A stretch of DNA of 64,000 nucleotides from Microcoleus sp. Lineage in GTDB: Bacteria; Cyanobacteriota; Cyanobacteriia; Cyanobacteriales; Microcoleaceae. Below the pieces are notes generated by a model, which saw only the letters and a program-made list of their open reading frames with translations, was not told the DNA's origin and made no database searches. Below, piece by piece: positions 30,411 to 40,905 of the stretch (position 1 is the first letter of the stretch; every line of letters begins with the position of its first letter). Made by a program: the position numbers and the translations under genes. The stretch covers positions 1,600,001 through 1,664,000 of the forward strand of contig CP181291.1 of the NCBI GenBank assembly GCA_052279835.1, written 5' to 3'.

Positions 30411-30686
30411 ATGGAATTTGAATGGGATGAGACTAAACGTCTTACCAACCTTAGCAAACATGGGATTGACTTGATCGACGTTCCATTAGTTTTTGATGGA
30501 GAAATCCTGACGGTCGAGGATGAACGATTTAGTTATGGGGAGCAAAGGTTTGTGACTTTTGGTTTGTTGCAAGGGCGAGTAGTCGCTATTGTCCATACAG
30601 AACGAGAGGATATTACCCGCATTATTTCTGCTAGAAAAGCAAACAAATATGAACAACGAATTTACTTCGAGCAAATCTCAAACTGA
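30411..30686 (+). CDS. BrnT family toxin
   Basis: MEFEWD..K...N..KHGID, YGE.R, RIISARKA. Confidence 0.9.
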   Translation: MEFEWDETKRLTNLSKHGIDLIDVPLVFDGEILTVEDERFSYGEQRFVTFGLLQGRVVAIVHTEREDITRIISARKANKYEQRIYFEQISN

Positions 30687-30925
30687 CTGGGAACGTCTAG
30701 ATGCCATGACTGATGAAGATATTGATTTCTCTGATTGCCCTGAAATTACACCTGAAATGTTCGCTAAAGCCGTAGTTAGGCGAGGTTTGCCCAACCCTAA
30801 GACTAAAGCTCAAGTGACCTTACGCATTGATAGTGATGTTTTGGAGTGGTTTAAATCTCAAGGGTCGTGGTTATCAGACCCAGATCAACGCTTTACTGCG
30901 AGAATACATGAAAGCCCATCAATAG
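30649..30925 (+). CDS. BrnA family antitoxin, with one extra G at 30862-30864
   Basis: TDW..L..M.DEDIDFSD.PE, VTLRIDSDVLEWFK. Removing a G restores the canonical GRGYQTQINALLREYM ending at TAG 30925. Confidence 0.82.
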
Positions 30926-31000
30926 TGAAATACTGTATCTGCTTTATGAGAGAATAGAAAATTAAAATGAGGTCTTGCAAACGAAGACTTTAATTATGAA

Positions 31001-31894
31001 ATGAGAACAGTAGATTTATTTGCAGGCTGTGGAGGCCTATCACTGGGATTTCAAAATGCTGGATTCAATATAGTGGCAGCTTTTGACTACTGGCTTCCAG
31101 CTATTCAAGTATATAAAGAAAACTTCCAACATCCGATATTTGAGAAAGACCTATCACAATCAGATGTCTGTTCATTTATCAGTGATTTCAATCCAGATAT
31201 CATTATTGGTGGGCCTCCATGCCAAGATTTTTCCAGCGCAGGCAAAAGAGATGAGAATCTTGGGAGAGCAGATTTATCCTTAGCCTTTGCCAAGATTATT
31301 ACTAGCATTAAGCCTAGATGGTTTGTCATGGAGAACGTTGCCAGAATTCAAAAGAGCCTAATTTTAGAGGAAGTTTTAGAAACATTTAGAACCAGTGGCT
31401 ACGGTTTAAGTTCTTCCGTTTTGAATGCTAGCTATTGTGGAGTTCCACAAGCTAGAAAACGATACTTTTTGATTGGTCAGTTGGATGGAGAAGATGGTAT
31501 TCTGAGTTCTTATCTAACAAAACATCAGTCTAAAACTCCTATGAATGTTTTTGAATATTTAGGTGATGATTTAGGTATTGAGTATTTTTATCGGCATCCG
31601 AGAAGCTATAAGAGAAGGGCAGTTTTCAGCATTCATGAACCTAGCCCGACAATTCGAGGTGTTAATCGTCCAATTCCCAAGACATACAAGAAGCATGAAG
31701 GAGATTTATGCGATATTGATGAGAGGTTACGCCCTTTGACGACTATTGAAAGGAGTTATATTCAAACATTTCCCAAAACGTTTAAGTTTCAGGGAAATAA
31801 GTCAGATTTAGAACAAATGATTGGTAATGCTGTTCCTGTGAAGCTGGCTGAGTATGTGGCTAGTTGTATCCTTGAATATATTCAACAGGACTAA
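31001..31894 (+). CDS. DNA (cytosine-5) methyltransferase, no adjacent restriction enzyme
   Basis: DLFAGCGG, GGPPCQ, ENV, PQ.R.R, IGNAVP motifs. Confidence 0.93.
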   Translation: MRTVDLFAGCGGLSLGFQNAGFNIVAAFDYWLPAIQVYKENFQHPIFEKDLSQSDVCSFISDFNPDIIIGGPPCQDFSSAGKRDENLGRADLSLAFAKIITSIKPRWFVMENVARIQKSLILEEVLETFRTSGYGLSSSVLNASYCGVPQARKRYFLIGQLDGEDGILSSYLTKHQSKTPMNVFEYLGDDLGIEYFYRHPRSYKRRAVFSIHEPSPTIRGVNRPIPKTYKKHEGDLCDIDERLRPLTTIERSYIQTFPKTFKFQGNKSDLEQMIGNAVPVKLAEYVASCILEYIQQD

Positions 31895-31946
31895 GGCAAA
31901 AGAAACCGGGGTTTCTATCAAAAATCGTTGCTTTTTTTGTCTCTCA

Positions 31947-32300
31947 TCAAACACTAGCAAATTCCGTCAAAGGTCTTTTGCTAGGATGATGAAACCCCAA
32001 AACAATATCGCCTTTAGAAATTCCGGCTGCTAGTAAATCATCAACTACACACAAATTAGTCATATCTTCTTCCACCCAAATTTTACCATCTTTAATCCGA
32101 AGATACATCGTCATGTAGCGCAGCCGTTCTTTGCCATTCCAGCCAGAACGAAACCAGAGATATTGATCTCGTTCTTCATCAAATGCCAGACGATCATCTG
32201 GATCTAATTCATCTAGTGCGATCGCCCCCTGGACTGCCATTTGATAATATTCAGTCAATATTTTTTTAATTGTATCGCGATAGTATTCTAATTTATCCAT
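31947..32300 (-). CDS. xisI: XisI family protein
   Basis: FD...D.YL...GW, IKDGKIWVEED, IVLGFH.P. Confidence 0.9.
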   Translation of the reverse strand: MDKLEYYRDTIKKILTEYYQMAVQGAIALDELDPDDRLAFDEERDQYLWFRSGWNGKERLRYMTMYLRIKDGKIWVEEDMTNLCVVDDLLAAGISKGDIVLGFHHPSKRPLTEFASV

Positions 32301-32704
32301 TGTATAATTTCCTCTTTTTTCATTTCAACAGTGATTAATAGAAGCTGATTTTCATTGGTAATTAATTGTATCGACTTGCGTTTAAAAAAATCTTGGTAGA
32401 CGATATCATCAATTGCCAAATAAAGCGTGTATTCTGGAGCCGTGAGTTGAATTAGATTTCGGTAGACAATATATTGACCGAGTGCGCCGTGAAAATCATA
32501 CATTAGCGATCGCCCAATAAAGCTCTTAATTTCAACAACTATCTTTTGTCCTTGGCGTTCTGCTGCGATCGGCTTTTCTGCCGCTAGATCGGCATATAAC
32601 TCAGCATCCTCATATTTGATGAAGTAGGGGTCAGCCGTAATTGTCCAACCATCTTTGATTAAGGCATTTTTAACTGCATTGTGGTAGGTATCTTTGGCAG
32701 GCAT
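32288..32704 (-). CDS. xisH: XisH family protein
   Basis: MPAKD.YH..VK.AL.KDGW.IT.DP, VEIKSF, ALGQY, LYLA. Confidence 0.92.
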   Translation of the reverse strand: MPAKDTYHNAVKNALIKDGWTITADPYFIKYEDAELYADLAAEKPIAAERQGQKIVVEIKSFIGRSLMYDFHGALGQYIVYRNLIQLTAPEYTLYLAIDDIVYQDFFKRKSIQLITNENQLLLITVEMKKEEIIQWIN

Positions 32705-32807
32705 AGTAAAAACAGTTAAATATTACTTGCTCTTTAAATACAGTATAATCCTTCGGAGTCGGTTTCACCAAAAAACAGATAATCATCAGCGATCGCTAAC
32801 CTACAGA

Positions 32808-34076
32808 TCACTTTGGCAAAGGCTCTAATATTTTCTCACCATCCCTAGCCGTAACCATCGTAAATAAAGCCTCATATTGATTCAAAGCTTCCTCAAATCC
32901 ATAATTCTCAACAGCATAACTTCTGCCTTGCACACCCAGCGCATCCACTTTAGCCGGATTCAGATACAAATCTTCAACCCCATCCGCTAGAGCTTGCGGA
33001 TCTTCCGGTGGTACTACCACCCCGCCACCACTTTGCTGCACTGCTTTATGAGCAGTACCAGTTTCTGGCACCGAAGCCAAAATAGCCCGGCCACTCGCCA
33101 ACAGCACTTGAATTTTTGAGGGCATATTAAAATTAGTCACGCGCCGCTTTTGTACCACCAAACTAACATCAGCGGCAGCTAACATTTCTGGCAATTTTTC
33201 TCGCGGTTCAAAGGGCAGTAACGTCACATTCGTCGCTTTGTAAGTTTCACAATCTCTTTGCAAACGTGACAGTGCGGTGGACTCTCCCACAATTACAAAA
33301 GCTATTTCTGGTATGTGTTTCAAACGAGCCGCTGCTTGGACAACAGTTTGCAAACCTTGAGTCAGGGCAATATTGCCTGCGTAGAGAACGACAAATTTGC
33401 CCTGGAGATTGTGAGCTTGGCGAAAGGAGTTATTTTCTTTAGGTAAGGGACGGATGAAATTGACATCAACCCAATTGGGAACGCAAACTATCTTTTCTGG
33501 GGGTACTCCTTGAGAGTGCAATTTTTTGACAAAACCGCTGTCGATGACGCTGACTTTGCTCGCAGTGGTGTAGGCCAATTTTTCTAAGGCGTCAGCAATC
33601 TGAATTAACATTCCATTCTTTTTCACCAAACCGACGCGCACGGCTGCTTCTGAGACGATATCTTGAACGTTGAGGACGATCGGGCAACTGCGAATCCACC
33701 CATAAAGAGCCACTGGGACGCAAATCGGCAATGGGGGCATGGTGGAGAAAATCACGTCTGGTCGATCGCCCCTAAATGCTTGAATAGCACTAGATATCAC
33801 AAAACTACCATCTAACAGCAGTCGGTCTAGCAAACTGGGGTGAGGGCCGTTAACCCGCAGGTAGCTGCGCTGTATTGTCACACCGTTATGTTCTTCGGTA
33901 ACATAGAATTTGCCCCGATATTGTTCATAAATCTGGCGCTGCGGATAGTTGGGCATTCCTGTAACTACTCTGACTTGATGACCACGCTGAACTAGGCCCT
34001 GGGCTAGTTCTGTCATCAGGGGAGCAATGCCGATCGGCTCTGGATAGTAGTTATAGGAATAAATCAGAATACGCAT
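32808..34076 (-). CDS. Glycosyltransferase family 4 (WcaI-like)
   Basis: NYYPEPIGIA, PNYP, PNWVD, YAGN...QGL, MPSK. Confidence 0.9.
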   Translation of the reverse strand: MRILIYSYNYYPEPIGIAPLMTELAQGLVQRGHQVRVVTGMPNYPQRQIYEQYRGKFYVTEEHNGVTIQRSYLRVNGPHPSLLDRLLLDGSFVISSAIQAFRGDRPDVIFSTMPPLPICVPVALYGWIRSCPIVLNVQDIVSEAAVRVGLVKKNGMLIQIADALEKLAYTTASKVSVIDSGFVKKLHSQGVPPEKIVCVPNWVDVNFIRPLPKENNSFRQAHNLQGKFVVLYAGNIALTQGLQTVVQAAARLKHIPEIAFVIVGESTALSRLQRDCETYKATNVTLLPFEPREKLPEMLAAADVSLVVQKRRVTNFNMPSKIQVLLASGRAILASVPETGTAHKAVQQSGGGVVVPPEDPQALADGVEDLYLNPAKVDALGVQGRSYAVENYGFEEALNQYEALFTMVTARDGEKILEPLPK

Positions 34077-34235
34077 AATATTTCGTTGGAAGCAAATTTT
34101 CCGGCAGCCACTAACAGGAGCTAGTACCCGCTTAATTCGCCTGGATTAGGTCTAGTTCCGCGTCATAAAGCAGAGGGCGCTGCCTGGAATTTTCTAGGCT
34201 CAAAAGCAGTCGCCCTTTGTGGTTTTGAGTCATCA

Positions 34236-34673
34236 TCAGGTAATGTTTTTTCGCATTACCAGACAGTTGCGGCGATCGTCTGTACGGATATAACGAAGCT
34301 GCTCTGTCAGCTTGTGCATAAATAGCAGTCCCCTTTCTCCTTCTTTTTCCAAGGGATCGCGCTTGTCTTGGATAATAGCGTCGAGCTTTGCTTCTAGGTC
34401 AAAGGGTTGACCCCTATCCCAAATCCTGATTTCTAGGTAATCGGAAAACACTGCGACTTCGAGGTCTATCGGTGTCGTGGAGTGCAAGTTTTTGTGAGCA
34501 TGGCGAACAGCATTTGTAAACCCTTCATTCACAATCAGGCTGCACTGCCACCCCAAATCCTCTGGTAGCAGGGGCAGGACAATATTTTCCAACCACTCCA
34601 AAACTTGTTTCAGAGCCTCCATGTCCGTTTCCACTTGAAGATGCAACTCGGCCTTTGGTTGCTGATCTTTCAT
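34236..34673 (-). CDS. Anti-sigma factor/Ser kinase (RsbW-like HATPase_c_2)
   Basis: EGFTNAVRHAH, IWD.G.PF, E.E.RGL..M. Confidence 0.85.
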   Translation of the reverse strand: MKDQQPKAELHLQVETDMEALKQVLEWLENIVLPLLPEDLGWQCSLIVNEGFTNAVRHAHKNLHSTTPIDLEVAVFSDYLEIRIWDRGQPFDLEAKLDAIIQDKRDPLEKEGERGLLFMHKLTEQLRYIRTDDRRNCLVMRKNIT

Positions 34674-35170
34674 TTTTTTTCCCCCTGGTCGCCCCCCAGC
34701 ACAACTTCAGCTACGATCGGTACAAACTCAGCACAAGTAACTGTACTCAGCTTGGCTGGGACGCGAGTGTTCAGCGTAGCGGTGGCGGGAGAATAAGGGG
34801 GGCAAGGTCTTGGCAACATATTAGTTAAGTCAAGCTTGAGTTGAAGAAGCCCGTTTTGCCTCAAGGTGAGCATTCCTTTCGCACCATTTACTCCTACTGG
34901 AAATGAGAGACTTTTGATACTTTAACCCGCCTGGGTAGGGCGTTTAAATAATTTTCAGTTTTGAGTTGGGAGTTTTGATTTTTCAACTGCTTTAGAAAAC
35001 TTAGCAAAACCTATCCAAAGTTATCTTTAGATGGTAAGTGTTTACTTCCGTTGTTTATTGACGTGATTAGTTAAAATTTTATTGATTTCTTTCATCACTT
35101 ATGATAAAACGTCTGAATTTTAGTAACCCCCCCTGTACCTAAAAGGTCAGCGGAGGGTTGTTCAGGCATC

Positions 35171-36178
35171 CTATACAGCGCCACTATTTTTGTTGAACAG
35201 AACAGCTATGGTTTTCACAATTAGTTTCAGGTCATACATCAGGCTCCAGTTTTCTTGGTACTTTAAGTCCAAGCGGATCACATCTTCAAAATTACGCACC
35301 TGAGAGCGACCGTTAACTTGCCATTCTCCAGTCATTCCTGGTTTGACATCAAAACGCTGCCACTGAGGTACTTCATAGCGGTCAACTTCATCTGGAGTAG
35401 GGGGTCGGGTACCCACTAGACTCATTTCACCTTTTAGTACGTTCCAAAATTGTGGCAGTTCATCAAGGCTGGTTTTTCGCAATATCCGCCCGACTTTGGT
35501 AATGCGGGGGTCATTGTCATTTTTGAAAAAAGCGCCGGAGGCTTGGTTTTTGATTTGAGATTTAAGGGCTTCGGCGTTGGTACACATCGAGCGAAACTTC
35601 CAAATCTGAAATCTTTTTCCCATCCAGCCACAGCGGGTTTGAGCAAAAAAGATCGGGCCTGGATCGTTAATTGTGATGGCTGCGACTATGGGTATAAACA
35701 ATATTCCTGTAATTATCAAACCTACTATGGCCCCAACGATGTCGATCAGCCGTTTTACCAACGATCGCACAGAGGGGTGCGTAACTGGTAACTGACTGTC
35801 TGCACGGTTGTTTTCAGCGGGGGCTGTGCTAACTGGCGACGGCTCGATAGTCAGCACTTGGTCTAGGCTGGTGAGAGCAAATACTGCCATCACCTGCGGC
35901 TTGAGACTCCGCAATACTAAGTCGCACTCCCGCTGTTTGGCAAATTTTAGATTGCTGACTAAGGCACCAATCCCGCTACTGTCGATGAATGTCGTGTCAC
36001 TGAAGTCTAGGACAATTTTGCTGGGAACGGTGTTTTTCGAGTTTTCAGAGAAAAGTTGCTGGCAGGTTGTCTTAAAGTTTACGGCTTCAAGTACGCTTAA
36101 GCGCACAGGTATGTGAACGGAAGGAATTTCGTCCAAGTAAGTTACCCGAAAATCTGCCTCTGGGGTTTGGGTGACCAT
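35171..36178 (-). CDS. STAS (anti-anti-sigma) domain fused to a priming sugar transferase
   Basis: [16 protein letters not shown] in the STAS domain. [46 protein letters not shown] in the transferase domain. Confidence 0.92.
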   Translation of the reverse strand: MVTQTPEADFRVTYLDEIPSVHIPVRLSVLEAVNFKTTCQQLFSENSKNTVPSKIVLDFSDTTFIDSSGIGALVSNLKFAKQRECDLVLRSLKPQVMAVFALTSLDQVLTIEPSPVSTAPAENNRADSQLPVTHPSVRSLVKRLIDIVGAIVGLIITGILFIPIVAAITINDPGPIFFAQTRCGWMGKRFQIWKFRSMCTNAEALKSQIKNQASGAFFKNDNDPRITKVGRILRKTSLDELPQFWNVLKGEMSLVGTRPPTPDEVDRYEVPQWQRFDVKPGMTGEWQVNGRSQVRNFEDVIRLDLKYQENWSLMYDLKLIVKTIAVLFNKNSGAV

Positions 36179-36376
36179 GAAGTCCTAGTTTCAAATTTCA
36201 AGCTGATGTCTTTAGCCTATTGTGTCCTAGGCCATCCATTTTTACCAATTATTATTGTTAACAACAGCCTAGATTTACACAAACTTTACATTTTCACCAC
36301 GAACCAGGCCAGCCAAGAAGTGCTTCTGGCAAAAGCCCACACCCTACCCGTCCAGGGGGTTGGTGTGTGCAGGAGG

Positions 36377-37045
36377 TCACGAATTGTAAACGTTTTCTGA
36401 CTGGGAAGTTTCGCGGCCGAGGGGTTTAACCTTGGCTTTAGCTTTAGCTGCGTTGCGTTTGAGGGCTTGGAGACGGGCTTCGTATTTAGCGCGCTGCTGC
36501 TTTTTGGAAGTTTGCTCGATGAGGGTTTTTAAGGCACTACCGAGGCTTTTGTATGCGTTGGGGAGAGTATAGCCGAAGCGAGTCGCCAGGGCCAGGGCTT
36601 TTTCGTCCGCGTCTATGGCTTCTTTTAAGCTTTTCTCTCCGTTGTTTTTCTGGTACAGCCTCCAGCCGGAGACGCCACACAGGGAGAGGGCTAGTACCAG
36701 CAGCAAGCCATCTTGTACCCAAAGTTCGCCGACTGCGCCACCTAAACCAATAGCGAGGGCGGCCATTTCCCAGCCATCTCTGGGGATGGTGTCGTTTTGG
36801 ATTCTGGCGACTTCGTGCCAAAATAGGAGGTTTCGCTGATCCATTGCTAGCTGTTCCCAGCGGATCAGGTCTATTTGTATTTCTACCTGATCTTTGCCTA
36901 TTTCTTCGCTACGGATCAAGGCGGGATTAATTTCTATGGTTTTTTCTACTGTTACCCAACTTTGTAGTTCTGGGGGGAGTATATTTTTCAAGCGCCGGAT
37001 CTCACTCATCTCGGCTCTTGCTGTGGAGGTTGCATAGGATGTCAT
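36377..37045 (-). CDS. Conserved cyanobacterial protein (DUF3318-like)
   Basis: RNLLFWHEVARIQ, central hydrophobic hairpin, ADE.A...A.R.GY. Confidence 0.75.
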   Translation of the reverse strand: MTSYATSTARAEMSEIRRLKNILPPELQSWVTVEKTIEINPALIRSEEIGKDQVEIQIDLIRWEQLAMDQRNLLFWHEVARIQNDTIPRDGWEMAALAIGLGGAVGELWVQDGLLLVLALSLCGVSGWRLYQKNNGEKSLKEAIDADEKALALATRFGYTLPNAYKSLGSALKTLIEQTSKKQQRAKYEARLQALKRNAAKAKAKVKPLGRETSQSENVYNS

Positions 37046-37245
37046 AGCTCCGGCCTTAAATTTTTCAAAGGGTTAATATGCTTCTATATTTTGGAGTATA
37101 GCAAACCTTTTGGACCTTATCTTCTAGCTTTCTGGCAAATATTCCTCACCCTAGTTTGAGTGTCTGATGCTGAAAGCAGAATTACCGTAGAGGGTCGATC
37201 GACCCTCTATACCCAATTTACTCGCTCCGAGGCGATCGACACTAA

Positions 37246-38916
37246 CTACTCAACTGTTTTCTGCTTATTTTGCATCTTATTCTTCATAAACGGTTCAATT
37301 TCTTGTCGCAATTTCACCCAAGCCGACAAAACCTCCGGTGCCGAAGTTATCCCTTTCTGCACCAAAACCACCCCATCTAATACCTTAGCAATACCATAGC
37401 TTCCGTTCCGCAGAGCCTCGTCTGTAAAACCCACTCCCGCCCTAACTCTACCTCGATCGACCGGCACCTTTAAATTATTCTGCTGCAACTGCCACAAATC
37501 TAATAGAGCATAATCCACATCCACCGCATTTCCGGCTTCATCCCGCAACTTCATCACCTCCAAACGAATGATGTTCCGACGCCCAGATAGGTGAGAAACT
37601 ATGTAACCACTCGTGGAAACGCTAGCCTCTGGAGGAATTAACTCCATCACAGTTTTCAAATCAGCCCCATGGGCTAATTGCTCAGTCAAGGATTGATAAA
37701 CCAGAGGATTGAAAGCATAGGGAGAAAGGAAATACAAAGCTCGATTAGGATTAGAAGTCAAAGTAAACAATAGGGACAATCCGATACATCCCATCCAAAA
37801 GCGATGTAGCCTTGGTTTAAATTTTTCGGGATGCTCCGACCACCACAATATTGCAGCATAAATCAAAACAGGAACTAAACTCAAAGTATAACGAGTATTC
37901 ATAGAAGTCGCTGCTTTATTTTCTACTTGCAACAGCAGCACTAGCAAAGGAAAGCTAGACATCACCCAAGCTGGCCAGGAAAAAATAGGTATAAAAGCCA
38001 GTGGCAGCCACAAACCCAACACAAATCTAATTCGCCTTTCTAAACTTTCTAAATCCGCAAAAAATACTTGAATTATAATTTGAGGTTGGCTAACTATTGC
38101 CCACAGTAACTGTAGCGTCGAAGGATTTTCTATGTTGACAAACTTCTTAAAATACAGAGCTAAATAAAGTCGGGAGTTGTCATTGGAAAACAGAGGCATC
38201 ACAACATTAGTTATCAGCGAAACATAGCTAAAACTGAGGACACACAAAGCTATACCAGTCCGTGGATAGCGGCGGCTGAAAAATAAATAGGCTCCAATTC
38301 CAAACAGAGTAATGCCGGTGTCTTCACGAGTTCCTAATGCTAAGGCTGCAAAAATCCAAAACACCAACCACCTTTGCTTTTCTAAGGCTAATAATAAACT
38401 AAATAAAAACAAAGGAATTTGGCAGTGTTCGTAAAAATTTCCCAGCGTTGGACCAATTACCGCATTGGCTCCATAATAGCTAGCTACGACCATTATTGAC
38501 AGAGGAATAGACAAATAATGTCTCGCTAAAAAATACAAAACTATGCCAGCAGCCGCAATTAAAGCTACTTGCAAAACTATCAGAGTCACGGGAGAGGGAA
38601 ACAGGGCATAAAGCGGCATCCACAGCAAAAAATCGATGACAAAATGTTGCCCTAAATGGATGTAAGATGGATAGGATAGTTCCCGATCGATCAGAGATGC
38701 ACCAGAGGCCGCGGAGGAAAGGGAACTTTGAAATAGTTTGCCATGTACGCTATTCCAAAATACTTGATTAAATAAACCGTGATCGTAGGTAGCCAAAAAG
38801 CTATCATAGCGAATGATACTAAAAGTTAATACCGAGATAAAAAAAATTACTGCAATGATTATTGCTTGACGCAACCCTGTTTCATGCCGCCAGTAGTAGA
38901 GAGGTTTAAATTTCAT
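37246..38916 (-). CDS. Multi-pass membrane protein (DUF2079-like, GT-C type)
   Basis: YD.G.F.Q..WN, HLGQHF, RED and RY motifs; many TM helices. Confidence 0.75.
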   Translation of the reverse strand: MKFKPLYYWRHETGLRQAIIIAVIFFISVLTFSIIRYDSFLATYDHGLFNQVFWNSVHGKLFQSSLSSAASGASLIDRELSYPSYIHLGQHFVIDFLLWMPLYALFPSPVTLIVLQVALIAAAGIVLYFLARHYLSIPLSIMVVASYYGANAVIGPTLGNFYEHCQIPLFLFSLLLALEKQRWLVFWIFAALALGTREDTGITLFGIGAYLFFSRRYPRTGIALCVLSFSYVSLITNVVMPLFSNDNSRLYLALYFKKFVNIENPSTLQLLWAIVSQPQIIIQVFFADLESLERRIRFVLGLWLPLAFIPIFSWPAWVMSSFPLLVLLLQVENKAATSMNTRYTLSLVPVLIYAAILWWSEHPEKFKPRLHRFWMGCIGLSLLFTLTSNPNRALYFLSPYAFNPLVYQSLTEQLAHGADLKTVMELIPPEASVSTSGYIVSHLSGRRNIIRLEVMKLRDEAGNAVDVDYALLDLWQLQQNNLKVPVDRGRVRAGVGFTDEALRNGSYGIAKVLDGVVLVQKGITSAPEVLSAWVKLRQEIEPFMKNKMQNKQKTVE

Positions 38917-38934
38917 GTTTTTTGGCTGAATTTA

Positions 38935-39720
38935 CTAATATTTATTAATTTTATTGAAGTGGTTTTTAAATTCTGAAATAGAAATAAATTCCCCTTGTTT
39001 TTTCAGCACCGTCAGATATTTTTCTAATTTGTCAATCATTTTACTACCGGCATCTTTTTTGACATAACTGGGGAGTTTAAACTGGGAAATATCAGTGAAT
39101 TCCCAGGGGTGAAAGTAGATGTTTAGATAGGAGTCTGTTTCTAAAGTGAGCTTGGCTGCTAATTGTATCACTGAAAGCGGCAAGTTCTTAAAACTTAACC
39201 AAAATAGGGGAAATCGGATCGCGGGAGTAACTGAAATGGGCAAGTTGAGTAATTTATTCCTATAATATGCAGTTCTAGGTTTCAAGAGATTGTTGTATCT
39301 ACCGGGGATGTAGGTAGGATTCATGGATGAGTTGTATTCATAGCCTGCTTGTTCTATTTCTGCGTCGTCAACAGGCTGGAGTCTTGCCATCCTGAAGCCG
39401 ACGACTTTAGTATTAGTTATGGATTCTAAGGTTTGCTTAGATTTTTGTAAATCATCCACGGAAAATTGGGAATGGTAAAAGCCGTGGGAGGCAATTTCAT
39501 GTTGTTGTGAAAGTTGCTTAATTATTTCTTGGTTGTGGAGTGCGAAGTTAGCAGTTACAAAAAATGTGGCTGCGATATCTAATTTTTCCAAAAGTGAAAT
39601 AACATTGCATAACCCGGTTTTAGAAACTGCAAATTTGATATCTTCTGTGAGGGGTTGACCGTATTCTTCGGGAATGTCAAATTCTTCTATGTCAAAGCTC
39701 AATAAAATGTATTTAGTCAT
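38935..39720 (-). CDS. Polysaccharide deacetylase family protein
   Basis: SFDIEE, ATFF, HEIASHG..H, YFHPWE. Confidence 0.88.
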   Translation of the reverse strand: MTKYILLSFDIEEFDIPEEYGQPLTEDIKFAVSKTGLCNVISLLEKLDIAATFFVTANFALHNQEIIKQLSQQHEIASHGFYHSQFSVDDLQKSKQTLESITNTKVVGFRMARLQPVDDAEIEQAGYEYNSSMNPTYIPGRYNNLLKPRTAYYRNKLLNLPISVTPAIRFPLFWLSFKNLPLSVIQLAAKLTLETDSYLNIYFHPWEFTDISQFKLPSYVKKDAGSKMIDKLEKYLTVLKKQGEFISISEFKNHFNKINKY

Positions 39721-40441
39721 AATTACCCACTCGATTATTATAGCGAATTTTTAACAAGCACAAGAACATTTTGAGAGAATCTTTAACTATATTTACTTTA
39801 GAAGCTTTGGATAAATGTTGTTCGGAAATTCTAGCGGGAATTTCACCGATTGTATATCCTTTTTTGTGTGCTAAAAACAGGAGTTCAGCATCAAAAGAAA
39901 ATCCAGCTATTGTCTGTTGCTTGAAGAGTTCTTGGGCCGCATCTTTTTTAAATCCTTTGAGTCCTGCCTGCATATCTCGATAGGGCAGATTGAGGATTTT
40001 GCGGGAAATAAAGTTAAATATTTGACCTGATATTTTTCTCAGTAATGTGAGATTGCGGAAGTTGTCTTTGTCGAGGTTTCTGCAACCAATTACCACATCA
40101 AATTTTTCTAGTTTTTCTATTAAGGGTTCTAGATGCTCTAGGGAGTAAGCTAAGTCACCATCCATAAAGCAAATGCAGTCATCTTTTATATATTCGCTAC
40201 CTTTTTTTACTGCATAGCCTTTTCCTTGACGAGGGTTATAAGAAATTATTTTGATATGATTTGTGGGGAATATTTTGAGTTTATTTTCGAGGATTGTCAG
40301 TGTATTATCTGTTGACCCGTCATTGACAATGATAAAATTATAAGGGTGATTTGTTTGAGAAAAATCGAAAATTCTGTCAAAGGTTTGTGCTATGCAATTT
40401 TCTTCGTTGTAAACAGGTAGAATTACCGTGATTTTCATCAT
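39713..40441 (-). CDS. Glycosyltransferase family 2 (polyprenol-phosphate glycosyltransferase-like)
   Basis: PVYNEE, NDGSTD, GKGYAV, MDGD, D.Q.G.K, FSFD.E. Confidence 0.9.
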   Translation of the reverse strand: MMKITVILPVYNEENCIAQTFDRIFDFSQTNHPYNFIIVNDGSTDNTLTILENKLKIFPTNHIKIISYNPRQGKGYAVKKGSEYIKDDCICFMDGDLAYSLEHLEPLIEKLEKFDVVIGCRNLDKDNFRNLTLLRKISGQIFNFISRKILNLPYRDMQAGLKGFKKDAAQELFKQQTIAGFSFDAELLFLAHKKGYTIGEIPARISEQHLSKASKVNIVKDSLKMFLCLLKIRYNNRVGNYD

Positions 40442-40546
40442 TATTATGGAATCAAGCTTTCGCAGAAGTATCGTATCACCTTAGTACAAAAATCACAAGT
40501 AAAAAATATATAGCCTTTGGAGTGAAAGAAGAGGTCCGATCGAGAA

Positions 40547-40735
40547 TTGGTAATAGGTAATAGGTAATAGGTAATTGGTAATTGGTAATAGGTAATGCCC
40601 TATACCCTTCCCCCATCCCCCCTAGGGGGTCAGGGGGGTTCCCATGCCCCATGTGCCATACTTCGACAACGCTGGAGCCCAAATGCCCCATTACCCATTA
40701 CCCATTACCCATTACTCATTACCTAGTACCCACCT
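40547..40735. repeat. Two heptamer arrays in opposite orientation ((TAATAGG/TAATTGG)n and (CCCATTA)n) around a GC-rich spacer
   Basis: Visible tandem units at ~40547-40595 and ~40687-40730. Confidence 0.8.
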
Positions 40736-40905
40736 AACTGAGAAAGGCTATATATGCTGACGATCGCCCAATAGTTGCAAATATATCTCACGTCATGACT
40801 TTTTGACAAGACAACTCCCGCACTCAGTCAATTTTCGGCTATGGTTGTGGCCTAGGTGCGATCGCATAGATTTTACTATACTATTGGAATTGACCTAGCT
40901 CATCT

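Noticed and set aside
31947..32704. xisH/xisI as evidence for an excision element
   Set aside because: No XisF-like recombinase or interrupted host gene nearby; xisHI pairs are commonly dispersed in cyanobacteria.
34670..34873. 67-aa ORF whose stop overlaps the RsbW-like start
   Set aside because: No recognisable motif. It might be an N-terminal extension or spurious, and cannot be supported from sequence alone.
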